Positions 12,894 through 28,130 of a DNA stretch of 64,000 nucleotides are shown here, one piece after another. The number at the start of each line of letters is the position of its first letter. The stretch's first letter is position 1. Under the pieces are notes generated by a model. It worked only from the letters and a program-made list of their open reading frames with translations, had not been told where the DNA came from and did not search any database. The position numbers and the translations under genes were made by a program. Source of the stretch: Octopus sinensis (lineage: Eukaryota); assembly GCF_006345805.1 (NCBI RefSeq), contig NC_042999.1, positions 110,918,001-110,982,000 on the forward strand. The letters run 5' to 3'.

Positions 12894-13312
12894 GGCGTAG
12901 GAGTGGCTGTGTGGTAAGTAGGTTGCTTATGAACCACATGGTTCTGGGTTCAGTCCCACTGCATGGCACCTTGGGCAAGTGTCTCCTACTATAGCCTCAG
13001 GCCAAACAAAGCCTTGTGAGTGGATTTGGTAGACGGAAACTGAAAGAAGCCCGTCGTATATATGTATATATATATATGTGTATGTGTGTGTGTATATGTT
13101 TGTGTGTCTGTGTTTGTTCCCCCCAACATCGCTTGACAACCGATGCTGGTGTGTTTACATCCCTGTAACCTAGCGGTTCAGCAAAAGAGACTGATAGAAT
13201 AAGTACTAGGCTTACAAAGAAGTCCTGGTGTCGATTTGCTCAACCAAATGTGGTGCTCCAGCATGGCCACAGTCACATGACTGAAACAATTAAAAGAGTA
13301 AAAGAGTAAAGA
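12894..13312 (+). mobile_element. SINE family A, full length
   Basis: Head, central (TA/TG)n, body and tail gctccagcatggccacagtc...actgaaac...(aaaagagt)n. Confidence 0.9.
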
Positions 13313-13864
13313 GAGTAGTGTTGTTCACAGATGTCATTGTTTAGCCCTAAGTCAGTTCTCATCAAGCAGATTTATGATCAAAGACATTCCAACCACGACC
13401 ACTCCATTTTTGTTTTTTTTTTTGCATTTATATCAAGAACCAAGTTCCAAACATGTCTGTGTTTTTGCCTTTCCAACATTCTAGGATATGATTCAAAGAA
13501 CATTTAGCTTACAACCCTAAAGAAAACTCTTTGTATCTTTCATACATCAAATAACTATGAAGAGGCTTCCATAGTTCATAGTGTTATGATTGTTGTTCTT
13601 AATACCAATGTTGGCCCTTATTTTGTTACAGTTCTATTGAAATATGTTTCAATTATCTTTGAAAATAATAAAAAAATATATTAAAATAACTTTTCCATTA
13701 TTAAACTGGTGTATAGAACATACATTAGCATGAAATTCTGATGGAAACTTTTAATCAGTCTTTTTCAACCCTTAAAAAAGTTGCATGTCTCAAGGAACCC
13801 CTGCACAAAAATATTATGTACCATATCTTTCTCATATCTTTTTTATCGTAGTTCATATCATAAA

Positions 13865-13932
<68 letters not shown>

Positions 13933-14152
13933 CACATATATATATATATATGTAGAGTGTCCATAAATTACAGACATCCCCAATGGTTGTTATATTTTTT
14001 TGATAACATAATAGGTTAGATAGGATTATGTCTATATTATAATATTACAATAACCAATAATAAGTTGTGCATGTATAGTAATATTATGATCATGAAATTA
14101 GCATTAGCTTATCCCACTTTTTCTCGCGGTTAACTTAAATTGTGTAAACATA

Positions 14153-15012
14153 TGAGGTGGTATCAAAAAATTCCTGGTCTAGTTCTGTAGTGCAACCAAC
14201 AGATGGCAGCTCATGGCTGTATGTACAATGAGAGCTAGCAGTGACCATCATGCGGCAGTGAACCAAGTTGCATTGATGTGTTTACTTCAAAACTTGTGAA
14301 ACTTGTGTTTTTATGATCACATGTATGCTATAATCTGTGATTTTGTCATGGATGGGAACAAAGAGCCAATGTGAAATTTTGTGTTAAACTTGCTGTTTGC
14401 TACATAGATATTCATCTTGCTTGACAAGCTTATGGCAATGAGGCAATTGGTTATACACAATGTTTCAAGTGGCACAGGCACTTCAAAAGTAGAAGAATGT
14501 TCCTGGAAGACAATGAGTAATCTGGAAGACCTGCTACGAGCGTCATCCCCAGAAATGTGGTATTGTGCATCAAGAAATAATTCTCCAGAGTCAGACCATC
14601 AATTGGGAGTTCTACTGCAATGTTTTGAAGCATTTGAGGGAGAACATTTGGCGAAAGCTCTGTAGAGTGGGAAGAATTGGATTCTTCAAGACAACAATAC
14701 ACCCTCTCACCAAGCTCTCCTCATTCATGAGGTTTTTTGTTTTTTTTGCCAAAAGCAACATGTTATCACTTCTGCACCCACCCTATTCACCAGACTTAGC
14801 ACCTGCTGACTTCCATCTCTTCCCAAGATAGAAATGCAGCTCAGCGGTTGCTGTTTTAATACCATTGTCAAGATCCAGAGGGAATTGCAGCAGGCACTCA
14901 ACTTGCTTATGGAAAGCAACTTCCAAGCTGGATTCCAAAGGTGGCAGGAACACTGAGTCCAGTGTATTGCTGCACAAGGTGACTCTTTCAAAGGAGTGAT
15001 GTTAAAACTTAG
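14153..15012 (+). mobile_element. Internally deleted mariner element with both TIRs and TA TSDs
   Basis: Left ta|tgaggtggtatcaaaaaattcctggtctagt and right actagtctgggaagcttttgataacaccttg|ta are imperfect inverted repeats. Fragments EFYCNVLKHLRENI and HPPYSPDLAPADFHLFP. Confidence 0.9.
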
Positions 15013-15162
15013 GTAAATAAGTTATTATTTTATTAAATGGAACTAGTCTGGGAAGCTTTTGATAACACCTTGTATGATCAAACATATATTATCTTTGACG
15101 AAGAACTACATATTTGTTTTTTTTTCCAATGACTAGAGGGTATGATTGAGAGAAATTTGTCT

Positions 15163-15552
15163 GGGTGCAGGCAATGTCTGTGTGATTAAAGAGTTTGCTT
15201 CACAACCATGTGGTTTCAAGTTCATTCCTGCTCTTGTACCACCTTAGGTAGATGTCTTTTACAATAGCTCCAAGCAAACCAATGTTTTGTGAGTGAATTT
15301 TGTAAATGTAAACTGTGAAAGGCAACATGTGTATGTGTGGCTGTATGTGAATCTTTGTGTTTGTCTATCCACCACTTGAGAACTGGCGTTGGTTAGTTTG
15401 CATCTCTATGATTTAGTGTTTTGGCAAAAAATAAGTCAATTTTTGCAAGTAACAGACTCAAAAGAAAGGCCTGAGATTGATTTGATTAGCTAAACCTTTC
15501 AAGGTTGTAACCACAAAGGTCACAGTCCAGTGACTGAAGCAAGTGAAAGAAT
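15163..15552 (+). mobile_element. Old, diverged SINE family A copy
   Basis: Collinear similarity to family A (caaccatgtggtttc...tgtgagtgaatttt...gtgactgaagcaagtgaaagaata). Confidence 0.6.
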
Positions 15553-16163
15553 ATTCCAAGCAAGTCGATCAACCATACAGGCGCCTTCCTTGTCTAAGTC
15601 TGCAGGCATGTGTGTATGTATGTGTGTATGTATGTATGCGTGTGTGTATGTATGTGTGTATGTATGTATGTATGTGTGCATGCATATGTGTGTGTATGTG
15701 CGTGTGTGTGTATATGTGTGTGTGTGTGCATATGTATGTGTGTGTATGTGTGTGTATGCATGTGTGTGTGAGTGTGTGGGTGTACGTGTGTGTGTCTGTG
15801 TGTATGTGTATGTGTGTGTCTATGCATGTATATCTATATGTGTACATATAGAATGTGAATAAAATGGTAGGTGAAAGGAGAGCAGGTGTAAAAGAATGAT
15901 TACACAAAGTTTTATAAAGAATTTTCAATTCTGAAAAGAAAAAAACAGAAATGTTTATTTAAATTTACACCCAAACACCCACCCATACACACACTCATAC
16001 ACACACTCACACACACCCATACATACACACACATACACACACATGCAAATATATACCCCTTTATTTTAAAATGAGAACTTTGTTTCGTTACAATATATTT
16101 ATTTTGACTTTCCTTTACAACAAACTTTGTTAAAATCCCAAACCACACCAGCCTCCACATCCC

Positions 16164-16206
<43 letters not shown>

Positions 16207-16427
16207 TGCTCACTCGCCCTGACAGAAATATTCAGCTTTCAAAAATTTTGCCCTCTCTTTCCCATTGGTGTTCTTTCATCATAACAAAGCTGTTAGTCTT
16301 GGCATTTTCTAACACAACATTGGCGCTTTGCAGAACACATTTCCCTACCTTCTGGGCAATCTATTCCATGCATTCACGGAAAACAATTGAAACATGCTAT
16401 TGCTGTTGAAATTCGTTTTTTCTGATC

Positions 16428-16469
<42 letters not shown>

Positions 16470-16744
16470 CTCTCTCTTTCTGCTTATCTTTCTTTCGTTT
16501 TCTCTTTATTTAAAAAAAAAGTTAATGCATTTATGTTGTTGTTTTCTCCCTTTTGTTAACACATCATCATCGTTATGATCGTTATTGCTGTTGTTCTTGT
16601 CATCATCATCATCATTATTATCATCATCATCTTCATCATTATTAACAGTTGTAGCATTTGTTGTAGTGTTAGTATTATGGCTGATGTTATATTTATATAC
16701 ACACACATATATATACACATGTATATATATATATATGTGTGTGT

Positions 16745-16796
<52 letters not shown>

Positions 16797-16800
16797 TATA

Positions 16801-16857
<57 letters not shown>

Positions 16858-17389
16858 CACTCCTTCACATTTATACTTAATAGTATAAAGTAATGCACTG
16901 CGTGTCTGACTTACAATGACAGAGAGAAAAAGTTTTCTGCTTTCTCTCCTGCACCTCAACCTTCCTCTTCTTCTTCTTCTTCTTCTTCTTCTTCTTCTTC
17001 TTCTCTCATTATTATTATTATTATTATTATTATTGTTGTTGTTGTTGTTGTCACTAACAGTATCATCAGAATAGTCCTTTTTTGGTGACGATGGATATGA
17101 TGACAACAATGGTAGTGATGATAGTGGTGTTGATGGTGGTGGTGGTGGTGGTGGTGGTGGTGGTGGAGTTCGTGTTGGTGCTGGTGGTGAAAAACATGCT
17201 GATGATGATGACGAGGCCAAGGACGGCTTTGATATCAGTGATGATGTCAATGATGATGATGAGGATTAACATGTTCTTCTTTACCATCATCATCATCATT
17301 ATCATCATCATCGTCGTCGTCGTCCTCGTCATCATCATCGCCATCAACATCATCATCATCATCATCATCATCATTATTATCATTATTAC

Positions 17390-17426
<37 letters not shown>

Positions 17427-17681
17427 TTTATTGTTATTAACAATGATAATATCATGAGTAAGAACACTTATCTTCTGTTTTTTTCCTCTCAGTTTCCAAC
17501 CCTAAACATTTTAATGCAAACCAAGAGTGCATGACATAAAACTACAGCAACAACAATGAAGACAAAAATAATTTATCAGGAAAAAAAAAAGCAAAGAAAA
17601 AAAAAACTGACAAAAATACAAAAATAAATGTGTGTCCGTATAGGTGACAGAAACCTAAATATCCTTGAACTTCTCATTCTG

Positions 17682-17723
<42 letters not shown>

Positions 17724-18699
17724 CATGCACACACACACAGACATGCACACGCATGCACACACACATGCATATGCACACACATGTGTGTATGCACACACAG
17801 ACATTCATGCACACACAGACATGCATGCACACAAACACACAAATGTATGTGTGCACACAGATGCATGCTGATATACACTCACACCCTCCCATATGTGCAC
17901 ACATATACATGCACGCATGTATGTCACTGTGCTTGTCTATGCATACGGGTGCATGATTGTGTACATGCATGCATATATGTAGGTGTATATATGTATGTAT
18001 GTATGCATGTATGCATATGTACGTATATATACATATATGTAAGTATATGTGGCATATGTGTGTCTATGTATATATATATATGTATATTGTATATATCGTA
18101 TATCTATATATAATGATATATATACATATATATATCATATATATATCTTATATATATATCTTTTATATATATATATGTGTGTGAAATACACACATACACA
18201 CTTATATACATATGCATGATGCAAGTACGTGGGTACCTAGGTACGTATGCATGTATGCATCTAGATATGCATGTAAGTGTGTGTATATGTAAACGCATAT
18301 TTTACAAGAATGAATGTGAAACTGTGCTAACGGTATTTTGAGCATTACAATGCGTTCAGTTGTTTGCTATTATAATATTGAACAATACTCTGTATTCTAT
18401 CCCTTGTGCTTGGTTACTTCTGTTTCATTTTAAGACGGCTTATTAAGTTGGATGCTTTACTGTCAAACAACGTATGTCTTTGTCATGGCTTTTGTGTTGC
18501 CAAGTTTGCGACTTCCTTAGAAATCTGTTTTAAAAAATAGCAAATGGTTATTTACCGCTGATATTCCTCTGCAGCTATCAGCATTTATAGATGATCTGAA
18601 CCCCGCTTTGTACTATTAACTCAATATGGCTCCCACTCATGCATATTTATACTTTAATCAATTAATAGCACTGCCCCTTTATGTATGTATGATTGTATG

Positions 18700-18740
<41 letters not shown>

Positions 18741-18831
18741 TATATATAAGTATGTGTATATAGCTACATTGTATATACATTATATATATATGTATATACT
18801 CACACACATGTGTGTATATATATGTATAATT

Positions 18832-18878
<47 letters not shown>

Positions 18879-19998
18879 AATGCACACACATTTCTATATG
18901 TAATTTCTATATGTGTATGTGTGTGAATATATATATATATGTATATAGACATACATATATATATGTACATATGCATGAAAATGCTTATAAATATCTCTGT
19001 GTGTGAATGTGTGAGTGTATATATATATCTGTGTTTTTGTGTATGCATCCTTAAATGTACAGTTAATTGGTAATTACATGATTCTATCCACACTATAGTT
19101 ACATGAGGGTATCTGGGTGGGTGATAGTGATCCTGAGTGAAACTCTACATCACATCAACAGAGATTGCTAATATGCCTGTATGAAAAACCATGGTTTAGA
19201 CTTAATTATATGGTTACCAATGCACATGTGTAATAGACTTTTACACACAATTTACCACAAGTATGAGTGGTTATTGAATGAATTAAAGTTTTGTAGCTAT
19301 ATCATAGCACATACTGGTCACATATGTATGTAATTATGTGTGTAAATATGAGTGTGTTTGAATGTGTACACACATACACACATACACATACCTGTATGTA
19401 TGTATCGATATATATATATATTTATCTATCAAGATATATATATATATATCGATTTATATATATATGTGTATGTATATATATATATATATATGTATAAACA
19501 CATATTTTTAAAGGTCTGATGATGTATAAAAAATCAAAATTTAGAAGTAACCATCAGCTATATCTTTCTAAATTTGTTAATCACTGAACAGAGAGCTATT
19601 GAGTGGTTCTTTGTCTTCATGTCTGACCGTTATTATATATATAAATAAAAACAAACATTTATTATTTTTTGTAATATCTATAACCCAATTCTTTTTAATA
19701 TTACGTGTTATCTAGTTCCTAAACTACAAATATATGTTTTAATCAGAGTTGTTTTGTTTAATAATCTGTATCTATCATACATTAGCTGTTGAATAAATTT
19801 GTAACTATTCAACATACAAATAAAGGTTTAATTAAGAGCACATAGCTAGTAAATATTTTATCTAAGTTTAGAACATTACTTTTATCACAAGTAAACTCTG
19901 AGTGACAAAAGCCTATACATGGTTAGCTACCCTGTTAGAAACAACAGTCAAATCTCCCTCAAGTTGTACTTAACAATCTTAAACATGGACATGTTTAA

Positions 19999-20217
19999 CC
20001 CTTTTGTTACCAACCCAGTTGAAACTGGCTCAGGCTGAGTACAAATGTCTTGTTTTCATAAGTTTTGAATTAAAATCTTTCACCAAACCTTAGTCACAAT
20101 TTATGTTCCTAACACTAGCTGAATGATATCCAATTTATTTTACTAAATTCTTTGTTATATTTAAAATTAATTGAAAGAAACATAGAGCATCTCAAACTAA
20201 ATACAGTAATGAAAGGG
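19999..20217. mobile_element. piggyBac-type MITE (219 bp)
   Basis: TTAA at 19995-19998 and 20218-20221 flank ends cccttttgttac...gtaatgaaaggg (imperfect ~12-bp TIR starting CCCT); non-coding; sits inside an older repeat. Confidence 0.8.
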
Positions 20218-21534
20218 TTAATAACATCCTGTCAGACTGCTCTGTTCTTGAAGATCAGATGGGATGGCTATATTTGAATATCCTTGATTATAAATTTGCA
20301 TTATCCTGGCTGTGCAGGGGCTTAAACAACAATAAGAACCAAGCCATAGTTAGAAATGTACTTTTACACAGAGGTCTAGACAGAGTTTGTGCTGCCTGGT
20401 GCAGTCATTGAATTTTCCACCCCTCTTTCATGAAAAACATAACGTAGTACACATCAAACGCACTTAAACAAAAACATGCCAACCAAAATGGACCACCCGC
20501 TTTGGACACTTTTCAGCTACTTTTCTGTTGTTATGCATCAAAATGTTCAGCAACAGCGTTTGCAAGCGTAACGAGATTTATTCATTATTCAGATAAAAAC
20601 TAGTAATTAATGATTTTAAAAATTATGATATTAATATCAACCAAATTATATACTGAGATATATAGAAATATATTTCAATTACGAGTAACAAATTTCAAAT
20701 GATTATCTAAAGATATGATATAAAACTACACAATAAATTTACTAGCATAGAGAAACTAAAATGAAATATATTTGCAGATACAGTTTATAGAAAATTACAT
20801 CCTTACATTCATTCAATTTTTACATCCTCTGCCCCACCTTCACTTCCTTCTCTTTGTCATTGTCATCATTATTTTATTTGCATTGTTCTGGTATTCCATC
20901 TGTTCACAGTTCTCTCCATTTTTACAGTAGCATTTTCTGTGAGCAGATTCAAATAAAGTATGTAGTTTGTCATGATATGTGGTTTCTGCCTGATAAATAT
21001 GTTTGAGGTATTTCTAAACATATGAAACTATTAGTAGCTCATAAAGTGTACTGTGTCTATCAAATAATATTTATCTCTAACCAAATAGAGTATTTTTCTT
21101 TTGTTGATCTTACCATCATGGTACAGTACATTATAAATATATATCTTATATTCATACATTCATATATACATGTTTTTATATAGAGTAATAGACACAAACA
21201 CACACACACACTCTTCATCTCTTCCATGGCTAGCCAACTGAGGTGATAGTCCATTGTTTTTCATTAGCCAATTTCAAAAAGAAAATCCTGTCCTAACAAC
21301 AATATTTTAAAAAATCTTGATTAACCAATGTAAGTGCTTAGTGGAAAATAAGCGCACGTGTAGAACTTTTTTTTATAACCATATATAGATGAGGATTTGT
21401 CCTCTAATTGCAAATATAATCTGAGATAATTGCAGTTTTAAAATACACTATGTAAAATTTTATGTACATACATATCTATATATATAGATAGATATGTATG
21501 TGAGTGTGTGTATGAGTATATGTACATGTATTAT

Positions 21535-21839
21535 TATTCAACTTTATTTCAAGATTTCTTGCCAATAGATCCAAGGTTCCTTCATTGGAATGTCAACATT
21601 AACAGGGTATTTTTGTATGTATGTATGTATGTATGTATGTATGTATGTATGTATGTATGTATGTATGTATGTATGTATGTATGTATATATGTATGTATGC
21701 ATGTATGTACGTATGTACGTATGTATGTATGTGCATGTATATATATGTATGTATGTATGTATATGTGCAGATTTATATGCTTTGCTTTATGTCTGTCTTC
21801 TCATGCATATACTTGCATATCCAGACATGTTCATATACA
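21535..21839 (-). mobile_element. 3' UTR of the R4/Dong-like LINE (second copy) with expanded (TATG)n
   Basis: Reverse complement matches 39165-39340 (ttcaagatttcttgccaataga...aaggttccttcattgga...gcagatt). Confidence 0.75.
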
Positions 21840-22490
21840 TTAGGTCATCCCACAAATAATGCGGTTTTTTCAATTACATGAACTAAAAAGTCAGAGGGGG
21901 ATGGGATAAACTACCTGCATCAACTTGCTATAAAATCAGGTAGGAATTTTACTTTGTTCTTATTCTTAGTGCAAGTTTTGAAGAGTACAGTTCGATTTTA
22001 ACAATTATTTTTTCAAAGCTATAATGGAAGTGACAAAGAACATATTCAGCATATTTTGTTTTATGAGTTCAATAAAGGCAACAACACAATAGAAAGTGCA
22101 AGGATAAATGCAGTATATGAATGGGGATCGAATAATAAGTATAAGCCAGTGTCAACGGTGATTCCAGAAATTTTGAGCTGGAAACTACAGCCTAGAAGAC
22201 AAACCTCATCCTGGAAGATCTGTAGAACTCAATGAGAACGTCCTGCAAAACCTAGTGGAACAAAATCCCATCATAACAGTTGAGAAACTAGCAGAGAAGC
22301 TTGCATTTGGCAATTCAGTCAGTCATTCAAGTCAGAGCTAGAAGTAAAACGACCATCTTTGGTTTCAAGATGAAAGTTATTCTTCCATCATTATAATGCT
22401 CGGCCACATACTCTGAAGATGACATTCCAAAGGATGGAACAGTTTGAATGGGAAATGACACCCACCCACCCACCATATTCACCAGTCTTC
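21840..22490 (+). mobile_element. Mariner remnant: left TIR-like end plus deleted transposase
   Basis: ttaggtcatcccacaaataatgcgg end; ATG at 22024 gives MEVTK-EHIQHILFYEFNKGNN, then LEDKPHPGRSVELNE, then HYNARPH and HPPYSP. Confidence 0.85.
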
Positions 22491-22565
22491 AAAATCATAA
22501 AGCTAAGCCCTCAAAGGACATGAAACCTAATGTCATCCCATAAAATGGCCTTATCTAACTTTAAT

Positions 22566-22675
22566 ATGTGGCTGTGTGGTAAGTAGTTTGCTTAACAACC
22601 ACATGCTTCCGAGTTCAGTCCCACTGCATGACACCTTGGGCAAGTGTCTTCTACTATAGCCTCGGGCTGACCAAA
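22566..22675 (+). mobile_element. SINE family A head fragment
   Basis: gtggctgtgtggtaagtagtttgc...gttcagtcccactgcatgacaccttgggcaag. Confidence 0.8.
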
Positions 22676-23134
22676 TAGAATGGAAAGGGAAATGAAAATG
22701 AGAAAAATACAAAAGGAGAGAAATGAGGAAAAATATAAAACTGAAGGAGTTGATAAGATCGAAGGATATTGTGTGTAATCTAAGAAGTGAAATAAAGATA
22801 GGAGGTCTGCATAAGTCTTACAAATATACTGTCAAGACAGTGAACAAAGACAAAAATATATGCTTATAAAATATAGTTATATGAAGATGATCTACCCAGT
22901 GCCCATGGATACAACGGACTACACTGTAATCATTCCAAGAATATGAACTGTGATTTTAAGAGACACATGATTTGTGGAAACGTGTGTAGTGATGCATTGA
23001 ATGTTTATAACTTCCATCCAAGGATTATTGTTATTATTACTATATATATATATATATATAACTTAGATTGGTTTCAGCCATTATTGGCTGATGCCATGAC
23101 TAACACAATAGCACCACCTGGAAAAGTCTTTTAG

Positions 23135-23790
23135 TTAATTACTTTGGCACACCATGGACCACTCAAGTGGAGAGTTGTTGTTGGTTGAGACGTATCCAAG
23201 TGTAGGTGGTTTGTCTGGTATTTCCTGGAAAAAGTTGTCCAGATACCGGTTGAAAGTTGTGGGGTCCTGTTCTACATTAATTTCTTTTGGGATAACTTGA
23301 AAAGTGCAGGACCATCTGCAGTGAAGAAATTGTGTCACAATGTTCTTATGTGATGTGATCTCAACCTTTGTAGGAGATGCATTGCATGGGGATCTAGCCT
23401 TGAGTGAATTGTAAACATAATATCGATATCATTTGGATAATATAGGTAAAATATTTTCCACATGGTGCAAATAGTGTATTGCTCACGACAGCGTTGCAGA
23501 GAATAGAGCTTCAGCTGTTTAAGTTGAGCCCAATAATCAAGTCCCATCATGCCATTTATTTTTTTTTGTGATTGATCTTTGTGGCATTTCAATCCTCATC
23601 ATGTCTTGTTTTGTAGGGAGGGGCACAATGGGCAGCAGTATTCGAGGTGAGGCCTAGTGAATGTGGAGAAGAGAAATATGATGGTTTCATGATCCTTAGA
23701 TTGGAAAGCTCCAAGGATCCATGAGCACATTTTGCTGGCAACATCAACTTTTTTGTTGATGTGCACACTCCAACTAAGGTTGCTGTTGAT
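23135..23790 (-). mobile_element. CR1/L2-type LINE ORF2 C-terminal remnant
   Basis: ASKMCSWILGAF...FSTFTRPHLEYCCPL...GLDYWAQLKQLKLYSLQRCREQY, CR1-clade motifs; frameshifted; 5' end broken by (TA)n. Confidence 0.85.
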
Positions 23791-23836
<46 letters not shown>

Positions 23837-23875
23837 CATATGTATGCATTTACACATATATCATCATTATCATCA

Positions 23876-24060
23876 TAATCATCATCATTGCTTTAATGTC
23901 CACTTTTCCATGGCTGCATAGGTTAGACAAAACCTCGTTAAGTAGATTTTTCTGTAGCCAGGTGCTCCTCCTGCTCCTAACCTTGAAAGTAAGGTAATAT
24001 TCACCCTAGTCCTTTAAAAAAAAAACGAAACAGATTGTTCAATCATTGGACATGTTCACA
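23876..24060 (-). mobile_element. Degenerate SINE family D-like copy
   Basis: catcatcattgctttaatgtccacttttccatggctgcataggttagac, the reverse of the family D tail. Confidence 0.55.
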
Positions 24061-24580
24061 CCAGATTATATACAAATGGCGCCATTTGTAAGACAGGCAA
24101 CGATTACAGTGATTGCACATATGTCAAGAGATGGGGAAAAGGCAAACCCAATCACGTGCAAATATATACACACTCGCACATTCATACATATGCATATATA
24201 GTTTGAGTTTATCTTTTTATTTTAATGTTTTATTTATTTACTACTAATATTTTATGAATGTATTTATTTTAATTATATAATTTTTATAATTTTGTGACTC
24301 AAACATCAGTTTTACATTTTGTCATTTATCTTCGGAAATTTTGAAGAATAAAACTTGGGAAAAATTAAGAAAAATCTCACCAACATGAAACTTATTTCTT
24401 CCATCCAATAAACCAAGTTATTTTCATCTTTAGGTGACATGCCTGACTCACATCCATACATGCCATCACTAAGACTGATGAATAAAACAGAATATGTCAA
24501 ACTTTGGTTAGCAGTTACAACAGTTCTTATGCTTTTGTCATATTTAGAAAAATGCATTTCCATTTTTGTACAAATACACA

Positions 24581-24611
<31 letters not shown>

Positions 24612-24646
24612 GTGCGTGCACACAATCACATACACATGAGCATGCA

Positions 24647-24680
<34 letters not shown>

Positions 24681-24825
24681 CACATACACATACACACAGA
24701 CATGTATACATATAGTTTTGCTTTTTGTACTTTTCTGTTAATTTTGTTGCCTGCTTTATTTAATTCCTCCTCCACCTTTACCCCCCCCCCTTTCTCCTTC
24801 TATATTTATTTATTGATTTAGTCAT

Positions 24826-24864
<39 letters not shown>

Positions 24865-25213
24865 TACATATGCTCTGATCTTTTCCAATCTCTCTTCCGA
24901 TTATCGTGATGGTGCCAGCAGCCAATTTAACACGGTTTATACAGATACCATTGTTTGATCTTTATTGCTTTGAATTTGTTGATATCTTTTCCTTTCTAGA
25001 GGAAAATTCCCCAATTAATCAAGAAATCACAAGTGAAGTATCTTCACTAAGTTACTTCATCCAAACTAAAACAACATTATTATTTGTACTTTACGTTAGT
25101 GTTCTTCAAAAAATAAAATAAATGTAAAAAAAAAACAAACACAGAAAACAAATTCACTAATAACAACAACAACAACAACAACAATAATAATGACGATAAT
25201 AATAATAATGATG

Positions 25214-25255
<42 letters not shown>

Positions 25256-25616
25256 TAATAATATAATAATAATGATAGCAACAACAACAGTAATGATACA
25301 AATATTAGCAATACAAATCGTAAATAATCAAATGAAAAGTATATAAAGTACAACAATAACAACAACGTTGGAAACTATATAAAACATAATTCAACCCTTA
25401 TCCACCCCCATCTTTGTCATGTGTTAGATTTCAGAAGATTTTTCCACTAATTTGCTTTTGTTTTATCAAATTACAATTGGTCTCGCCCTTGCAGAGGAGT
25501 TTTGGATGAATGTATGCAAATATGTATGTATGTGTGTGTGTGTATGTATGTATGTGTATGTATGTATGTATGTATGTATGCATGTATGTATGCATGCATG
25601 TATGTATGTATGTATG

Positions 25617-25647
<31 letters not shown>

Positions 25648-25717
25648 TATATGTATGTATATGTCCATATACATGTGGATGTATTTTTATGTGTCTGTAT
25701 CTCTCTTTAACAACATT

Positions 25718-25750
<33 letters not shown>

Positions 25751-25931
25751 TTCTCTCTCTCTCTCCCTTACTCCCCATCTGTGAAAGTGTGTGAATGTGT
25801 GTATATGTATGTGTGTGTGTATATATATATATGTATGTGTATATATGTATATATATGTATGTATATACACAAACACAGATATACTTACATGTGTGTACAT
25901 ACACACATGCACACACACACACATATATATA

Positions 25932-25982
<51 letters not shown>

Positions 25983-26025
25983 GTATGTATAGTATATATA
26001 TATATATATATATATAGATAGATAG

Positions 26026-26056
<31 letters not shown>

Positions 26057-26448
26057 CAGACAGACACAGATATGTGTCTTATATATACACTTCATAGTTA
26101 AAAGCATTATTATTTCTGCAAATGTCATTAATTTGGAGCAACGCTTGTCAAATATGTATCATGTTATAAATATCTGTTCAGGTAATTAGTCTATGCATAA
26201 ATGTATTCGTGTGTTTATGAATGTATTTATGTACATTTTAAGCTACCGTACACACTTCTTATTCGTCTGTCGGCCTTTATTTGTGACAATATGTCTATAT
26301 TTTTGTGTATGGGTTAGTGTATCTTTTCCTCCCTATCTATGTATCTCCCTGTTTACTAAGATATATTTCATAGATATAAATGCTCACAGCACTCATACAC
26401 ACACTCATCATGTGCATAAGTATAACTCCTCCTAAATATATATGTTCT

Positions 26449-26660
26449 TTTATTCTTTTTATTCTGTTACTGGTTTCAGTCATTTGACTGCAGCCATGCT
26501 GGAGCACCACCTTTAGTCGAAGAAATTGACCCAAGGACTTATTCTTTGTAAGCCTAGTACTTATCCCATCAATCTCTTTACAGGGATGCTAAGTTACAGG
26601 GATGTAAACACACCAACATCTGTTGTCAAGCGATGGATTTGTGGCAAACACAGACACACA
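26449..26660 (-). mobile_element. SINE family A 3' half
   Basis: gtttcagtcatttgactgcagccatgctggagcaccacc...gtcaagcgatg. Confidence 0.85.
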
Positions 26661-26704
26661 AATATATACATATATATGTATACATACATATATATATATC
26701 TGTA

Positions 26705-26744
<40 letters not shown>

Positions 26745-26765
26745 ATTTATATCTATATATATATT

Positions 26766-26861
<96 letters not shown>

Positions 26862-27358
26862 CATGGACAGATAGATAGGAACTGAACAAACGAGGTTTAT
26901 TTTCCAGGAACTGGACAAAAAATGGTTGACAAACAAAAACAAAATAAATTAAGCAATTGATTAGTTAGTTGAATATTTAAACAATTGACGAAGAATAAGG
27001 AGTGGAATTGAACCAGTGCATGTGTTAATTATATTAGCATGATGATGCTCCCGAGACACAGCAACATTTTTTCAACACATGAATTCATATTAAGAATCTT
27101 GCAAACCAGATACAAAAATGAAATATTGTGTTTTCTTTTTCTTAAATACAAACAGTCAAATTTAGCCCAAACACTCTGTATATATGCATATGTATGTCTA
27201 CATACATACAAACACACACTCACACACTTCTTTCCTTTTTTCCTGAGCGCCCAATAATACTATACTTTTCCACATCCTCGCGTTGTTGTGTTTTCTCTTT
27301 GTGTTTTCATGTTTGGATTAACCATATATACATATACATATATACATATACGGATATA

Positions 27359-27728
27359 GGCGCAGGAGTGGCTGTGTGGTAAGTAGCTTGCTAACCAACC
27401 ATATGGTTCCGGGTTCAGTCCCACTGCGTGGCATCTTGGGCAAGTGTCTTCTGCTATAGCCCCGGGCCGACCAATGCCTTGTGAGTGGATTTGGTAGACG
27501 GAAACTGAAAGAAGCCTGTCGTATATATGTATATATGTATGTGTGTGTGTTTGTGTGCTGGTGTGTTTACATCCCCGTCACTTAGCGGTTCGGCAAAAAG
27601 AGACTGATAAAATAAGTACTGGGCTTACAAAGAATAAGTCCCGGGGTTGATTTGCTCTACTAAAAAAAAAAGGCGGTGCTCCAGCATGGCCGCAGTCAAA
27701 TGACTGAAACAAGTAAAAGAATAAAAGA
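27359..27728 (+). mobile_element. SINE family A, near full length, young (CpGs retained)
   Basis: ggcgcaggagtggctgtgtggtaag...ccgggttcagtcccactgcgtggc...gtaaaagaataaaag. Confidence 0.9.
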
Positions 27729-28049
27729 AAGAAAGAATATACATATATACATATATACACACACATACGTTCACACACATATAAAATAGTTCTTGTCTAC
27801 CATATCAACTTATAAAGCATTGGTTTGCTTGGACATAGATTAGAATACACCATACTTTGGTGCCGTGCTGTGGGACTGCTTCCAATACCATATAGTTGAG
27901 AAAGAAACTTTTTAGCACAGGCACATCTGCACTTACATGTATCACAATCTGTCAGTATCTATCTTTTGATCTACATCTCTATCTATCTTTCCATCTATTT
28001 ACATACTTATCTAAATATATAACTACATACTATATATACACATAGATAT

Positions 28050-28130
<81 letters not shown>

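Noticed and set aside
16807-17270. Pro/Asn/Arg-rich minus-strand ORF with a gtaagt donor at 16914, and an Asp/Gly-rich plus frame
   Set aside because: Built from abutting trinucleotide repeats, with no convincing acceptor; both strands look equally protein-like.
24312-24647. Overlapping plus/minus ORFs (MPDSHPYMPSLRL... / MEMHFSKYDKS...)
   Set aside because: Good plus-strand acceptor at 24433 but no clear donor or phase-compatible neighbour; strand ambiguous.
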